Positions 18,925 to 29,691 of a stretch of DNA of 64,000 nucleotides are shown here, one piece after another. The translations under genes and the position numbers were made by a program. Where the stretch lies: the NCBI GenBank assembly GCA_963783575.1, contig CAWAOD010000011.1, positions 256,001 through 320,000 on the forward strand, in the 5' to 3' direction. The notes under the pieces were generated by a model that saw only the letters and a list, made by a program, of their open reading frames with translations, had not been told where the DNA came from and made no database searches. How positions within the stretch are numbered: the first letter of the stretch is position 1; each line of letters begins with the position of its first letter. Source of the DNA: an uncultured Spirochaetota bacterium (GTDB taxonomy: Bacteria > Spirochaetota > Brevinematia > Brevinematales > JAOACQ01).

Positions 18925-20507
18925 TTTAAATCCTTAACCGGAATTTCAACATGGAATTTCTTTAATAATATATTAACATTTTCAACAAAAAATAGTTTAA
19001 CTGTTACCGGGAGGATCAGATAATTTATAATCAAATAAATAACAAAGAATAAAATACCAGATAACAATCTGAATAACAAATCATTGATATAATACTGAAT
19101 CAATACTCCAAAAAAAATGAAAGGAATTAATATTAATAGATTTTTTATCGGGAGCAATATATCCAGCCTTAATTTATTTTTGCTTCTTTTTAACAGTAAA
19201 AATGGTGAAAGCCAGGCCTGTCCGAAAAGAGATCCAAGGAATGCCCCAAAAGCTATTCCGCCAAGCCCGAAAATTCTTGAAAAAAATATCGCAAATCCGA
19301 CATGAAGAAAAGCCTCAATCCAGCCTATAATTGCGAAACCTTTAGTATAATTGAAAGCTATAATCATAACATTATTTAAATTTATAAGGCTTTGCAGATA
19401 GCAGAATGCCCCCAGGAAAAATACAGCCATTATACCGGCAAAACCATCTTTTCCCACCCAGAAATGAATTATAAAATCCTTTATAAAGAATATTCCTCCA
19501 AGCCACATGCTTCCTCCGATTATACAGGTGAAGGCTAGAAAATTTCTGTATGTTTTATTGATCCATTCCCAATTGCCTTCCGAGAATTCTTTGCCTAGAA
19601 TCGGCTGGATGGAGCCATAAAACATAGTTACTATATTTATCATTATAAAGAAAAGCTTATATGTTATTGAATATGGGGTTACATGCGAAACATCTATAAA
19701 ATTTGAAATGACAAAGTTATCGGCGATGTTGATGATCATTGATGCAATACCAAATATGGCAAGTCTGATCCCTGTTGAGAGGATCTTACTATATCTGATG
19801 TCAGGATTAACCAGGCCTGATTCCTGTTCTGTAAAATTGTTCTTGTTTGCCTTTTTTTCTTTTCTGTAAACGGCAAAATAAAAGAAAACCATTTTTACCA
19901 CATTAAATATAAGGGTTATAAAACCTATTATTATAGCAAAAGTAATTAGTGATCCTTTTAAATATATTACAATCATAAGACTGATAAAAGATATTGCTGA
20001 ACCGAAAATTTTGAAAAAATTATCAATATAGAGTTTTTGAAATCCGCTGTAAGATGATGAAATTAAAGAAAATGGCAGGTTAATAAAGTAAAATGCTGCA
20101 AATACCAGGACGGCAATATAAGTTTCATGCATTAAAATTTTTGGAATTTTACCCAGAATAAATATCCAATCACTGTAAAAAATATTAAGAAGTGTAAAAA
20201 TTGTGATTCCGATAATTATTGTTATAGTCATTAATTTGAATGCTTTCAGTAAAATCCTGGTTTTATCCTGAAAACTTTTATTCTTAGCCATTAATATTGA
20301 AGCCGAAGTATCAATTCCAAACCCCGATATGCTAAGGTATAATACTACCGAAGTTATAAGAGCCCATACGCCGTATTTCTCAATTTTCCAATAGTTCAGG
20401 CTGAGAGGAGGAACAATAAAGCCAAGAATTATAGTGACAAAAATATTTCCATAATTTGAGATTAAATTCAATAAATAGTTAGCTTTATTACTTTTCATCT
20501 TTTTCAT
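18921..20507 (-). CDS. Wzx-type oligosaccharide flippase
   Basis: About 14 hydrophobic segments and YGVWALITS...DNFVIS, in a polysaccharide cluster. Confidence 0.8.
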   Translation of the reverse strand: MKKMKSNKANYLLNLISNYGNIFVTIILGFIVPPLSLNYWKIEKYGVWALITSVVLYLSISGFGIDTSASILMAKNKSFQDKTRILLKAFKLMTITIIIGITIFTLLNIFYSDWIFILGKIPKILMHETYIAVLVFAAFYFINLPFSLISSSYSGFQKLYIDNFFKIFGSAISFISLMIVIYLKGSLITFAIIIGFITLIFNVVKMVFFYFAVYRKEKKANKNNFTEQESGLVNPDIRYSKILSTGIRLAIFGIASMIINIADNFVISNFIDVSHVTPYSITYKLFFIMINIVTMFYGSIQPILGKEFSEGNWEWINKTYRNFLAFTCIIGGSMWLGGIFFIKDFIIHFWVGKDGFAGIMAVFFLGAFCYLQSLINLNNVMIIAFNYTKGFAIIGWIEAFLHVGFAIFFSRIFGLGGIAFGAFLGSLFGQAWLSPFLLLKRSKNKLRLDILLPIKNLLILIPFIFFGVLIQYYINDLLFRLLSGILFFVIYLIINYLILPVTVKLFFVENVNILLKKFHVEIPVKDLK

Positions 20508-21549
20508 TTCCTGGAATAATATTTTTTATTATAGTTTCCGCAAAAAACTCTGCGGAAAAAAATCTCATCTGTTTGCTTTTTATAAAACTCTGAATATTCC
20601 TGAGATAATTTTCATATTCATTGTCGCTTAATTGTTTTATATAATTATATAATTCAGCATAATTTTTAAACCTGGACCAATCAATAAATGTATTTTCCGG
20701 TATGAAATTTTTAATATTCGGTGCACCCAAGTAAATTGGAATACAGCCGGCGAAAAAACTATCAAATATCTTTTCAGTAATATACCCCGGAATATTCCTG
20801 GCATTCTCGAAGCATATAGAGAATTTATATCGCGAAAGAATAGCTCTTTTTTCAGGTATAGTACCTCTGTAAACAATTAAATTTTTTTTAAATAATCCTC
20901 TGAAAAAATTTATTTTCTCAATTATTTTAAAAATTTTCCTGATTATTTTATTCCGCAAAAACTTTCTTATCTGTTTAATCCATACTCCTTTTTCCCAATC
21001 AATGCCGTATAGATCAAAGTCTTCTGTATGGTTATTATTAAACCATTCCACAGCATTCAGCCTTTCACTATAAAGTTCCCTTTTATCATAATTCATTTTA
21101 TTTGCCGTAATCATTACACAAAGTTTTTTTTTGGTTGATAAATCTATTTCAAAGATGTCCGGGATTTTATTGGCAAGGAAAAACTTAATATATTTCCGGC
21201 CGTCAACCTTACTATCGTTCCATGTAAAAATCTTTTCAAATAAAATATGCTTTTTTATATCCCAATTTTCGGGCTTAATAATCTCGGATTCTGTAAGGAT
21301 TAAATAAAGAGGCTTTCTCAAATGAATTATATTTTGAAAGTCTTTATTACGAAAATCAGGCATGTCGCTAAAAAGAAAAAGATCGAATTTATCCGCTGGA
21401 TACATATCATAAGTAGATAACTCATAACCTTTTGTTTTGAATTTATCCCTTAATACTACCATTGGATAAAGACAATCATCCCTGGATTTTTCATTAAAAT
21501 ATCTATTATTCTTATATAATTTATCAACAAATATCCCAATTTTTTTCAT
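20488..21549 (-). CDS. Glycosyltransferase family 10 (fucosyltransferase-like)
   Basis: YKFSICFEN...GYITEKIFDSFFAGCIPIYLG. Confidence 0.9.
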   Translation of the reverse strand: MKKIGIFVDKLYKNNRYFNEKSRDDCLYPMVVLRDKFKTKGYELSTYDMYPADKFDLFLFSDMPDFRNKDFQNIIHLRKPLYLILTESEIIKPENWDIKKHILFEKIFTWNDSKVDGRKYIKFFLANKIPDIFEIDLSTKKKLCVMITANKMNYDKRELYSERLNAVEWFNNNHTEDFDLYGIDWEKGVWIKQIRKFLRNKIIRKIFKIIEKINFFRGLFKKNLIVYRGTIPEKRAILSRYKFSICFENARNIPGYITEKIFDSFFAGCIPIYLGAPNIKNFIPENTFIDWSRFKNYAELYNYIKQLSDNEYENYLRNIQSFIKSKQMRFFSAEFFAETIIKNIIPGNEKDEK

Positions 21550-22322
21550 TTTATCTTCCTGAAATAAAAACACCCGCATCCGTATTCCTGTTTATCTGCA
21601 TCTTCTTTTCCGGCGTTTTCAATCATACCTCTTTTATCAGCGTCATCCGGGATTAATGAAAATTCAACCAGCTCAAAATTATTGAAATAGCTTATAATCT
21701 GATCATAACTATAGATGCGATGAGCATTGAACATAATTTTTGGTTTTCCTGCAATTGGTACGACAAATAAAATTATACCGTTATGAGATATCACACGTTT
21801 TAACTCCGATATGGCAGTTAAATCTCCATCAGGTTTTATTTCTTCACCATATCTGCCTAGTCCTACATGTTCGATGACATGCATACATGATAATGAAGAT
21901 ATTGATAGATTTTCAAAGGGAAGTTGCAGTAAATCAGCTTTTCCCGAAGTCAATCCGCTTAGATTGATTTCAGCCGGTCTGTAATCAAAATACTTTATTG
22001 GTACAATTGCCGAAGCGATAGCAACAAACATCAGTGAAGATGAAATATCGTAATGCATCGCCGGTTTTTCCTTTGCTAAAACCCTTGCGGCCCAAGCGGT
22101 GTGATAAATATAATGAGTATCAAATGATAATGTTGAAGTTCTATCCCTGAGGCAGGGATATCGGTCTTTCCATCTTAATAGAAAACGTTTTCCGGTAATT
22201 TTATGTGATTTTTTAAAGTTCAAAAAGTCTGCAATAAAATGTATATAAGTAATGAAATTTGTAATAAAATGATAAATGCGCCTGGGTATTTTGTAAAAAA
22301 AGCTTTTTTTTATAAACCCCAT
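21546..22322 (-). CDS. DUF268-type SAM methyltransferase-like protein
   Basis: FDTHYIYHTAWAAR, SCMHVIEHVGLGRYG, FNAHRIY. Confidence 0.8.
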   Translation of the reverse strand: MGFIKKSFFYKIPRRIYHFITNFITYIHFIADFLNFKKSHKITGKRFLLRWKDRYPCLRDRTSTLSFDTHYIYHTAWAARVLAKEKPAMHYDISSSLMFVAIASAIVPIKYFDYRPAEINLSGLTSGKADLLQLPFENLSISSLSCMHVIEHVGLGRYGEEIKPDGDLTAISELKRVISHNGIILFVVPIAGKPKIMFNAHRIYSYDQIISYFNNFELVEFSLIPDDADKRGMIENAGKEDADKQEYGCGCFYFRKIK

Positions 22323-22343
22323 AATTATCTCCTGAAGAAAATG

Positions 22344-23420
22344 TCAGAATTTCATTTTTATTTCATTAAAAACTTTTGTCAGTCTTTCCACATAGGTATA
22401 ACTTTTTGTTTTTTTATAACCGGCAATTTTAATTCTTTCCCTTATTTCATTATTTTGTAAATAATAATCCAGCTGCCTTTTTAAATCGTCAATATTGCTG
22501 AAAACTGCTATTTCCCTGCCGATATCATAATAGTCTTCGATTTCTAAAGCATATTGGCTGAGCTGGAATCCACCGCAGCCGGGTATTTCAAAGTTTCTTG
22601 CCTTTATTTGTTCTATTCTTTTCGGATTATAATCAATAAATAAATAATCTCTGATATTTCTTTTTACCGATTTTAAATACTGATATGGATTCCTAGTTTT
22701 TATTTCAATGAAAGATTTGAAAAAAGATCTAAGAAGGTATCTTCTGTATCTCTTATCATACGATACGCTGTTGGATAAATTAAGGTTTATTTTTGAAGTT
22801 AAAAATATATGCTTGATATCTTCCGGTTCCATTCTTCCATTTTTCCAACCCTGTCCAAAGCAATTGACTTGATAGCCGCTTTTTACCAATTCATTTATAT
22901 GCCATTCCCTGTTTGTATTAATTCCGCCGACAAATGAGATGTCATAATTATATTCATTATTATCAAAATTAATATTCTCAGTATAATCAAAGGTTGCCCA
23001 TTGAGATAATATTACATTACAGCCCATTTTATGATATTTTGGAACGCTGTATTTATCAACAGTAATAGAGTATGTCAATTTCGGAGCTACATAACGTGTG
23101 AAATCTTCAAAGCGCCATTGATCGTCACAAAACCAATTAATTGTAAAATACTTGCTGCTAATTTTCTCTATTGTATCAAGAGATATTTCGTTGTTCATCA
23201 GCATAAAAAAAACAATGTCTGGCTTTTCCAGACTAATAAAATCTAAAATTCTAGATTGTAAACTGAATATTTCATCCGGATAACCATTTTCCTCCAGCCA
23301 GAATGGCTTTACCTCATCGGCTATTTGACTAAGTGCTGGCAGAAAAAACATTTTCTCCCCGCTATATCCCCTTTCTTTTTGACCATAATCATATTTTAAT
23401 ATTACCGGTACTATTTTCAT
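22344..23420 (-). CDS. CgeB-like glycosyltransferase
   Basis: WFCDDQWRF, SKINLN, QIKARNFEIPGCGGFQL. Confidence 0.85.
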   Translation of the reverse strand: MKIVPVILKYDYGQKERGYSGEKMFFLPALSQIADEVKPFWLEENGYPDEIFSLQSRILDFISLEKPDIVFFMLMNNEISLDTIEKISSKYFTINWFCDDQWRFEDFTRYVAPKLTYSITVDKYSVPKYHKMGCNVILSQWATFDYTENINFDNNEYNYDISFVGGINTNREWHINELVKSGYQVNCFGQGWKNGRMEPEDIKHIFLTSKINLNLSNSVSYDKRYRRYLLRSFFKSFIEIKTRNPYQYLKSVKRNIRDYLFIDYNPKRIEQIKARNFEIPGCGGFQLSQYALEIEDYYDIGREIAVFSNIDDLKRQLDYYLQNNEIRERIKIAGYKKTKSYTYVERLTKVFNEIKMKF

Positions 23421-24931
23421 GAAACCCTCAAATCAATCTCACTGTTTTTTTTCTTCAAGGCTATAATCATATAAATAATGAAATTTAAAACAATGAATGG
23501 TGTTTTTTCACCTAGGTATAAATCAAAACGGGGAGAAAATAGAATTCCCATCGATATTGATAATATTATTACCAGCCTCATTGAAAAGTTATTGTGTAAT
23601 TGAAATTCTTCAGGATCAGAGTTAATCAATAATAAATATGGAATGATTTGAACCGGAAGTTGATAATCATGGCTTACACTTGGCAGAAGAGACATAAGCT
23701 GGAAAGCCATACCTATCAGTCCGATATCTTTCAAAGTGAAGTTTGCGTTTTCTTTTTTGTTATAATTAATAAAATATTTAAGCCATACTATAATAAATAG
23801 AATTATGAAAATTAATGAAATAATATAACTTATAGAATGAACATTTCCTTTACCTAAAAAATTATATATAAAGCTGAATAAGGAGTGGTCTCCTTCCCAT
23901 TGATAAGGAACGCTAATAAAATCAGACATTCTTATAAAAAAATATACAACGGGCTTATAACCGATAATAAATAAAGCGGCTATATTGGTTAATAGAAAAA
24001 TGGGTATTGTTTTCCACCCGAATTTCAGTAATATGAATGCAAAAAGTATTAATGGGTAAATTTTAAAATTTACTGCAATAGTCAATGTTATTATTGAAAG
24101 AAGCATATTATTCCTGGTTATTGAATAAAGGGAAATTATAGAAAATAAACCGGCTATGATATCGTAATTACCTCTTTCTAAAGAGAAAAGCACCGGATAG
24201 GTATTATAAAACAAAGTGAATAAAAGAATGGCAACTATGATTATTCCGAATTTATTATAAAATCTGAGTTCGGTATTTAAATTAATAATCAGAGAATAAT
24301 AAATAATAAGAAATAATGATATAAGGATTAATAGGGTCTGTATTCTATAAGCAACATCAAAATTGATAAAAGAAAGAGGTAATGCGAATACCGGCACAAA
24401 AGGAGGGTATATATTCCCTATTTTTAAATATTGATTAATTCCTTTTTTCAATGTATTTGCTTGCTGATAGACTACATTAAAATCAAAACCGCTGGGCTTA
24501 TCCTTAATGAGGGTTATGGAATAACCCTGATCAAACTGATTGTCCCTAATTCGGAATATATGAAAAAATAGATTCAAAGTGATAATGAAAAGCAATAAAG
24601 ATGCTATAAATAAGGACATTTTTTTTTGCGATAACCGTTTGAATCGATTTAGTATAAAAATGGATATGAATAAAAGAGAAAAAAAGATTCCGTAAAAGAT
24701 ACAGCCTAAACCAAGCTTATGGATATTTTTCAACCAGATTTCTGCCATAGTTAAATTGTCAAAAAGAGCATTCAGGGGTTTATCTTTAATCACAGATATC
24801 AAATTGAGCAAATAGTTTTGTAAATAATGGTTTGTGATCAGCATAATTCCTGACAAAATCAGAATCATAACTAAAATAAATGATAAAACAAAAGTAACAT
24901 TTTTTATAAAATTCAAATATTTGTGGAACAT
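23417..24931 (-). CDS. GT87-like (DUF2029) membrane glycosyltransferase
   Basis: DF.VVY, IYPP, LERGNYD, KIYP, HDY; polytopic membrane protein. Confidence 0.75.
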   Translation of the reverse strand: MFHKYLNFIKNVTFVLSFILVMILILSGIMLITNHYLQNYLLNLISVIKDKPLNALFDNLTMAEIWLKNIHKLGLGCIFYGIFFSLLFISIFILNRFKRLSQKKMSLFIASLLLFIITLNLFFHIFRIRDNQFDQGYSITLIKDKPSGFDFNVVYQQANTLKKGINQYLKIGNIYPPFVPVFALPLSFINFDVAYRIQTLLILISLFLIIYYSLIINLNTELRFYNKFGIIIVAILLFTLFYNTYPVLFSLERGNYDIIAGLFSIISLYSITRNNMLLSIITLTIAVNFKIYPLILFAFILLKFGWKTIPIFLLTNIAALFIIGYKPVVYFFIRMSDFISVPYQWEGDHSLFSFIYNFLGKGNVHSISYIISLIFIILFIIVWLKYFINYNKKENANFTLKDIGLIGMAFQLMSLLPSVSHDYQLPVQIIPYLLLINSDPEEFQLHNNFSMRLVIILSISMGILFSPRFDLYLGEKTPFIVLNFIIYMIIALKKKNSEIDLRVS

Positions 24932-25093
24932 CAATAACCGTCCATTTTATTCGGATTGTTGGAAAAATAAGAGTGGCTCTATCGAATCGATAAATCATAG
25001 ACATCAATATTTTATCCTGAATTATAAATTTTTGCAATAAATGACTTTACCGATTAAAATAATCCTTAAACATTAAGGTCCAAGGGGAAAATT

Positions 25094-27340
25094 ATGGGCG
25101 CATTCATTCAATTCCTAAAAAAGAATTATATGATGATAATCTGGATAATATGTTCCATAATTATTTTATTATTAATGCCACAAATTGTCTGGATTCAGGA
25201 TAATAAAAGCAATCCATACTTAACAGTCTTTGACAGGCTTCCTTTCCGGATAATTATTACAATTCTAGCAGGATCAATAATCGGATTATTATATTCCGGT
25301 TTTATATTCAACATAATAAAAAGTTATTCCGAAGCTAGATGCAGTATTTTATTAAAAAAACTGGCAATATCGCATATTCCTTTAATATTTCTCCTTTTAC
25401 TACCCTTCCGAATTGAAATTGGGTACCAGAATCTTGTGAACTGCATAATATTTTACGGCTCCATTCTTGTTTACTATATACTTCTGGAAATCAATATTCT
25501 AATTCCTGTTACTTTAATTAACTTGAAAAACAAACTAAGAGAAAGTATTTTAATAATTTGTTTTTTTGTTTTAACTTTGCTTTTCTTTGCACCGGTTCAA
25601 ATTTTTTTAACTAATCCCGGTGAATTCTTTTTCCAATTTACTGATTTGATACGGAATTTTTTTATTATTTCTATTCTTGTTTTTATTATTATTTATAGAA
25701 TTTTTCTATTATTTAATTTTGAATCCAAAGGTTATAAATTATTTCTATTGATAACATTTGCACTGGGATTATGTTTATTGATTCAGGGAAACTTTTTTGT
25801 TTGGCATTATGGATCGCTTAACGGTAGTAAGATAGACTGGGGCAATTATTTTATTTTCGGGTTGATTGATGGTTTTGTATGGTGTGTTTTAATAATTTCG
25901 CCTGTTTTAATGCAAGACTTTATTTATTCAAATCTTAAAAAAAACGGCATCTGGATTTGCCTGATATTTATCTTGTTTCAGTTTTTTTTAAGTTTATTTC
26001 TGACAATACAGCAATATTCCATTATCATTAATACGAATAATTCCAGTTTTAGGAATTACACCGTCGATGAAAATAAAAAATTTGTTTTTTCAAAGGAAAC
26101 AAATGTTATTGTATTAATTACAGATGAATTCCAGACGGATATTTTCTGGGAAATTATCAAAGAAAAACCCGAGTATTATAATGTTTTTGACGGTTTCACT
26201 TATTTCCCTGATACTATATCGGCGTATCCGGCTACGGCTATGGCGGTTCCAGCTATTCTGACCGGAGAATTATATAATAACAATGAAACAAGGGATAAAT
26301 TTTTAAACCGGTCTTATTTAAGTAATTCTATATTGAAAACAATGAAAGAAAATGGTTTTAATGTTGATGTTTACCCGATGGACAGTGGAACTATTGTTTA
26401 CAGCGATAAAATAATCAGCAACATCAAAAAGAGAAATGATACCGGGATAGTATTAAAAGAGCTTGCATATCTTTATGATTCGGTTTTATTCCGCTATATG
26501 CCGCACTTTTTAAAAAAAAGCATTTACAGGGACAACCAGTGGTTTTTGACTTCAATTGCCGATAAAATTAATTTTCATAAAGTGCGGTTTGTAAGGGATA
26601 TGCCTGTTCAGTTTACGCGTGAAGAAATTGAACGAAGCGACAATATCAGGTTTATTTACCGTTTCTGGACCGAATCGGAAGTTAAAGACAATAAATGTTT
26701 CAAATTTTATCATATCGAGGGCATGCATCCATATCTTAACCTTGATGAGAATATTAATGTAAAAGGCTTTGATTATAATAGGGTAACATATAAGAATCAG
26801 GCAAAAGCATTATTAAAAATACTGGGCTGGTTTATAAGCGGATTAAAAAAAATGAATGTCTATGATAATTCATTAATTTTAATAATGGGAGATCATGGTT
26901 CAGCCCGTTCAGAGGATATGCTGATTCATGAAAAGACATATTATGAATTCATTTCAAAGAAACAAGATTCGATATTACATGATGGTATTTTAACCAATAT
27001 TTCTTATAACAATCCTACGAGGGCTTTGCCGCTTTTCCTTGTCAAACCTTTATTAAACAGGGGAAAGCTGAGAATTTCCACAGTCCGTATATCTACTCTT
27101 GATACTCCAAAAACCATTGCTGACGAACTTTCATTAAAATCCGATTTTTATGGCGTGGATGCTTTAAAATCAAATATTACAAATAACAGGATACGTGTTT
27201 TTATGGATTATACCTGGAAGGGATATTTGGAAAGCGATTATTTGGATGTTATTAAAGTTCTGCAAATAAAAGGCAGCGGCTGGTTTAATTCAAGCTGGTC
27301 AAATACAGGCAAAGATTTAAAACACATTGAAAAGAGATGA
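25094..27340 (+). CDS. Membrane protein with a C-terminal sulfatase/alkaline-phosphatase-like domain
   Basis: N-terminal TMs, then NVIVLITDEFQ, YPAT, HIEGMHP, MGDHG. Confidence 0.75.
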   Translation: MGAFIQFLKKNYMMIIWIICSIIILLLMPQIVWIQDNKSNPYLTVFDRLPFRIIITILAGSIIGLLYSGFIFNIIKSYSEARCSILLKKLAISHIPLIFLLLLPFRIEIGYQNLVNCIIFYGSILVYYILLEINILIPVTLINLKNKLRESILIICFFVLTLLFFAPVQIFLTNPGEFFFQFTDLIRNFFIISILVFIIIYRIFLLFNFESKGYKLFLLITFALGLCLLIQGNFFVWHYGSLNGSKIDWGNYFIFGLIDGFVWCVLIISPVLMQDFIYSNLKKNGIWICLIFILFQFFLSLFLTIQQYSIIINTNNSSFRNYTVDENKKFVFSKETNVIVLITDEFQTDIFWEIIKEKPEYYNVFDGFTYFPDTISAYPATAMAVPAILTGELYNNNETRDKFLNRSYLSNSILKTMKENGFNVDVYPMDSGTIVYSDKIISNIKKRNDTGIVLKELAYLYDSVLFRYMPHFLKKSIYRDNQWFLTSIADKINFHKVRFVRDMPVQFTREEIERSDNIRFIYRFWTESEVKDNKCFKFYHIEGMHPYLNLDENINVKGFDYNRVTYKNQAKALLKILGWFISGLKKMNVYDNSLILIMGDHGSARSEDMLIHEKTYYEFISKKQDSILHDGILTNISYNNPTRALPLFLVKPLLNRGKLRISTVRISTLDTPKTIADELSLKSDFYGVDALKSNITNNRIRVFMDYTWKGYLESDYLDVIKVLQIKGSGWFNSSWSNTGKDLKHIEKR

Positions 27341-27346
27341 TTATCA

Positions 27347-28399
27347 TCAATTCGTGAGATAAGATTGATAAACATTACGAATGCCTTCTTCAAGGCTGAT
27401 TTTATGCTTCCATCCAAGATTATGAAGCCTTGAAACATCAAGAAGTTTTCTCGGTGTACCATCCGGTTTTGTCCTGTCAAATATGATCTTTCCGTCGAAT
27501 CCTGTTATTTTTTTTATCATGCCCGCCAGTTCTTTTATTTTTAAATCTTCGCCTGTGCCGATGTTTATAAAATCATTTTTCGAATAATTTTCCATTAAAT
27601 ATACGCATGCACCGGCAAGATCATCAACATGAAGGAATTCCCTTCTTGGATTTCCGCTACCCCAGAGTGAAATTATTACATTCGAATCCCTCCGGATGAT
27701 TCCGCTCCGTTTTTCTAAAAATTCAAGTATGTGATTTTCACCTGTTTTATTATCGATTCCATCAATAGGTCTTTTTCTTAAATCTTTTTTTATTGTTTCC
27801 CAATCGTTATTTTTCAAAGCATTTGCCAGATGCATTTTTCTGATAAAAGCAGCCAGGACATGTGATTTCTCGAGATCATAATTATCATTTGGTCCGTATA
27901 AATTTGTCGGCATAACGCTTATGAAATTTGTATGGTATTGCTGGTTAAAATACTGGCAAAGTTTTAATCCGGCAATCTTTGCAATGGCATATGCTTCATT
28001 TGTAGGCTCAAGATAACCAGACAGAAGATATTCTTCTTTTATAGGCTGGCGGCATAATTTTGGATAAATGCAGGAACTTCCCAGGAACAGAAGTTTTTTC
28101 ACTCCGCTTATTCTTGATGCGTTTATAACATTGCATTCTATCATTAAATTTTCATAAATGAAATCCCCAGAGTAAGCTGAATTTGCATAAATACCACCGA
28201 CTTTTGCCGCTGCTAAAAAAACATATTCCGGCTTTTCCTTTTGAAAGAATTTCAATGTATCTGTTTGATCTATCAGATTTAAATCCTGATATTCCCTGCT
28301 TATAATGTTTGAATATCCTGAATTTTTCAATTGTCTGACAATTGCCGATCCAACCAGACCTTTATGGCCTGCAACATAGATTTTGCTGGTTATATCCAT
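27347..28399 (-). CDS. fcl: GDP-L-fucose synthase
   Basis: AGHKGLVGSA, AAAKVGGI, LGSSCIYPK, YAIAK, MPTNLYG, DGTPRK. Confidence 0.95.
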   Translation of the reverse strand: MDITSKIYVAGHKGLVGSAIVRQLKNSGYSNIISREYQDLNLIDQTDTLKFFQKEKPEYVFLAAAKVGGIYANSAYSGDFIYENLMIECNVINASRISGVKKLLFLGSSCIYPKLCRQPIKEEYLLSGYLEPTNEAYAIAKIAGLKLCQYFNQQYHTNFISVMPTNLYGPNDNYDLEKSHVLAAFIRKMHLANALKNNDWETIKKDLRKRPIDGIDNKTGENHILEFLEKRSGIIRRDSNVIISLWGSGNPRREFLHVDDLAGACVYLMENYSKNDFINIGTGEDLKIKELAGMIKKITGFDGKIIFDRTKPDGTPRKLLDVSRLHNLGWKHKISLEEGIRNVYQSYLTN

Positions 28400-28419
28400 A
28401 TTACTTCCTATTAAAAAAA

Positions 28420-28899
28420 TCAATTTGTGTTTGATAAATACATTATTCCGGTATATTCACAAGGTTCACTATTTACATTAAATTGCAAGCTATATGCTTC
28501 AACATAAATGTAATATATATTACTGATTTGCAGTATGCCATTGTTAATAATAGCCGGTAAATTTAAACCGGAGGCAATATATGTAGAATAAAGTGTTTCC
28601 GAATTCACGGTAGATGCGGGGATAGTAGGCTGATTTGTTACGCCGTTTGGATTAAACACAAGGTATGCATTAGTATTAATCACATCAGGTAAGTTGGTTG
28701 TAATATAAACATTGTAACCGCTGAAAAAGTTCTCAGTATTGAAGCCATGGAAAGTTATAAAAATTGCACCATTTGTATTTATTGCCGTTAAACCAAGTGG
28801 AGGTGCAAGTTTAACCTGGTTCCCTAGATTCTCTATAGGACAGGATGAAAAAATAATCAAAACTATAAATATCAAAAATATTTTTTTTATTGTTATCAT
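28420..28899 (-). CDS. Lipoprotein, paralog A (possibly Fn3-like fold)
   Basis: Lipobox IFSS-C; clearly similar to 29195-29680. Confidence 0.75.
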   Translation of the reverse strand: MITIKKIFLIFIVLIIFSSCPIENLGNQVKLAPPLGLTAINTNGAIFITFHGFNTENFFSGYNVYITTNLPDVINTNAYLVFNPNGVTNQPTIPASTVNSETLYSTYIASGLNLPAIINNGILQISNIYYIYVEAYSLQFNVNSEPCEYTGIMYLSNTN

Positions 28900-28954
28900 T
28901 AAATAAATTCCCCGCTTCAATTAACAATTTTACCCCTTTGATTCCCTTTGGCAA

Positions 28955-29053
28955 CAGACTGTGTGAAAACTCGGCTTTTTGAAGCGTAATTCTATATTTT
29001 CCGTTTTGTAACTTCAAAAAATACTTAATGAAAAATAGTTTTCACACAGCCTG
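28955..29053. mobile_element. 99-bp MITE with IS1182-type terminal inverted repeats
   Basis: CAGACTGTGTGAAAAC ... GTTTTCACACAGCCTG, flanked by CAA on both sides. The left IR is identical to the IS end at 997-1012. Confidence 0.85.
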
Positions 29054-29194
29054 CAAGCTAAGGGCAGGCTATCTTGCCCCCGGTGAAATTTCTTGCGGCT
29101 GTATATTTATGATGCTTTACTAACCCAAAACTCTTACTGAAGCTATTATTCTGAACTTTTATTATAACATCCCAATATTCAGCAATGAGGCGTC

Positions 29195-29680
29195 TTATTG
29201 AAAAATGGTCACCCCATTTGTATAAAAACATGGGTTACTGTATAAATTATATAAAACGCTGTAAGCTTTTACATAAATAAAATAAGTACTGCTTATCTGA
29301 ATAGACCCAGTCGTTAAATTATAATTAGTGGGAAAAGTTCTTTTATTTATAACATATGTGAAGGGAGTTTCTGAATTCACAGGTGTTGCATCAAGTGTCG
29401 GCTGATTGGTACTCGAGCTTCCATCAGGTCTATAGACAAGGTACCCTCTGTTGTTATTCAAATCATCCACACTTGTAGCTATATAGATATCATAACCGCT
29501 GAAATAATCTTCACTATTAAATCCTTCAAAGTTAACCAGAATCTGCCCCGGGCTATTATTTGTTGCAGATAAATCCAGAGGTGGATTCAGTTTTATTTCA
29601 GGTTCAAAACTTTCAACTCCGCAGGCTGTAAATATAAGGAATGTTATTACCGGTAATATATATTTAAAAATATTATTCAT
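29195..29680 (-). CDS. Lipoprotein, paralog B
   Basis: Lipobox IFTA-C. Shares KL.PPL, GFN.E..FSGY, TNQPT, VNSET and YIYV.AYS with paralog A. Confidence 0.78.
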   Translation of the reverse strand: MNNIFKYILPVITFLIFTACGVESFEPEIKLNPPLDLSATNNSPGQILVNFEGFNSEDYFSGYDIYIATSVDDLNNNRGYLVYRPDGSSSTNQPTLDATPVNSETPFTYVINKRTFPTNYNLTTGSIQISSTYFIYVKAYSVLYNLYSNPCFYTNGVTIFQ

Positions 29681-29691
29681 CTTATTATTAC

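Noticed and set aside
24940..25045. Possible gene-end remnant (KIYNSG*NIDVYDL) upstream of the GT87-like gene
   Set aside because: Too short and interrupted to call without a search.
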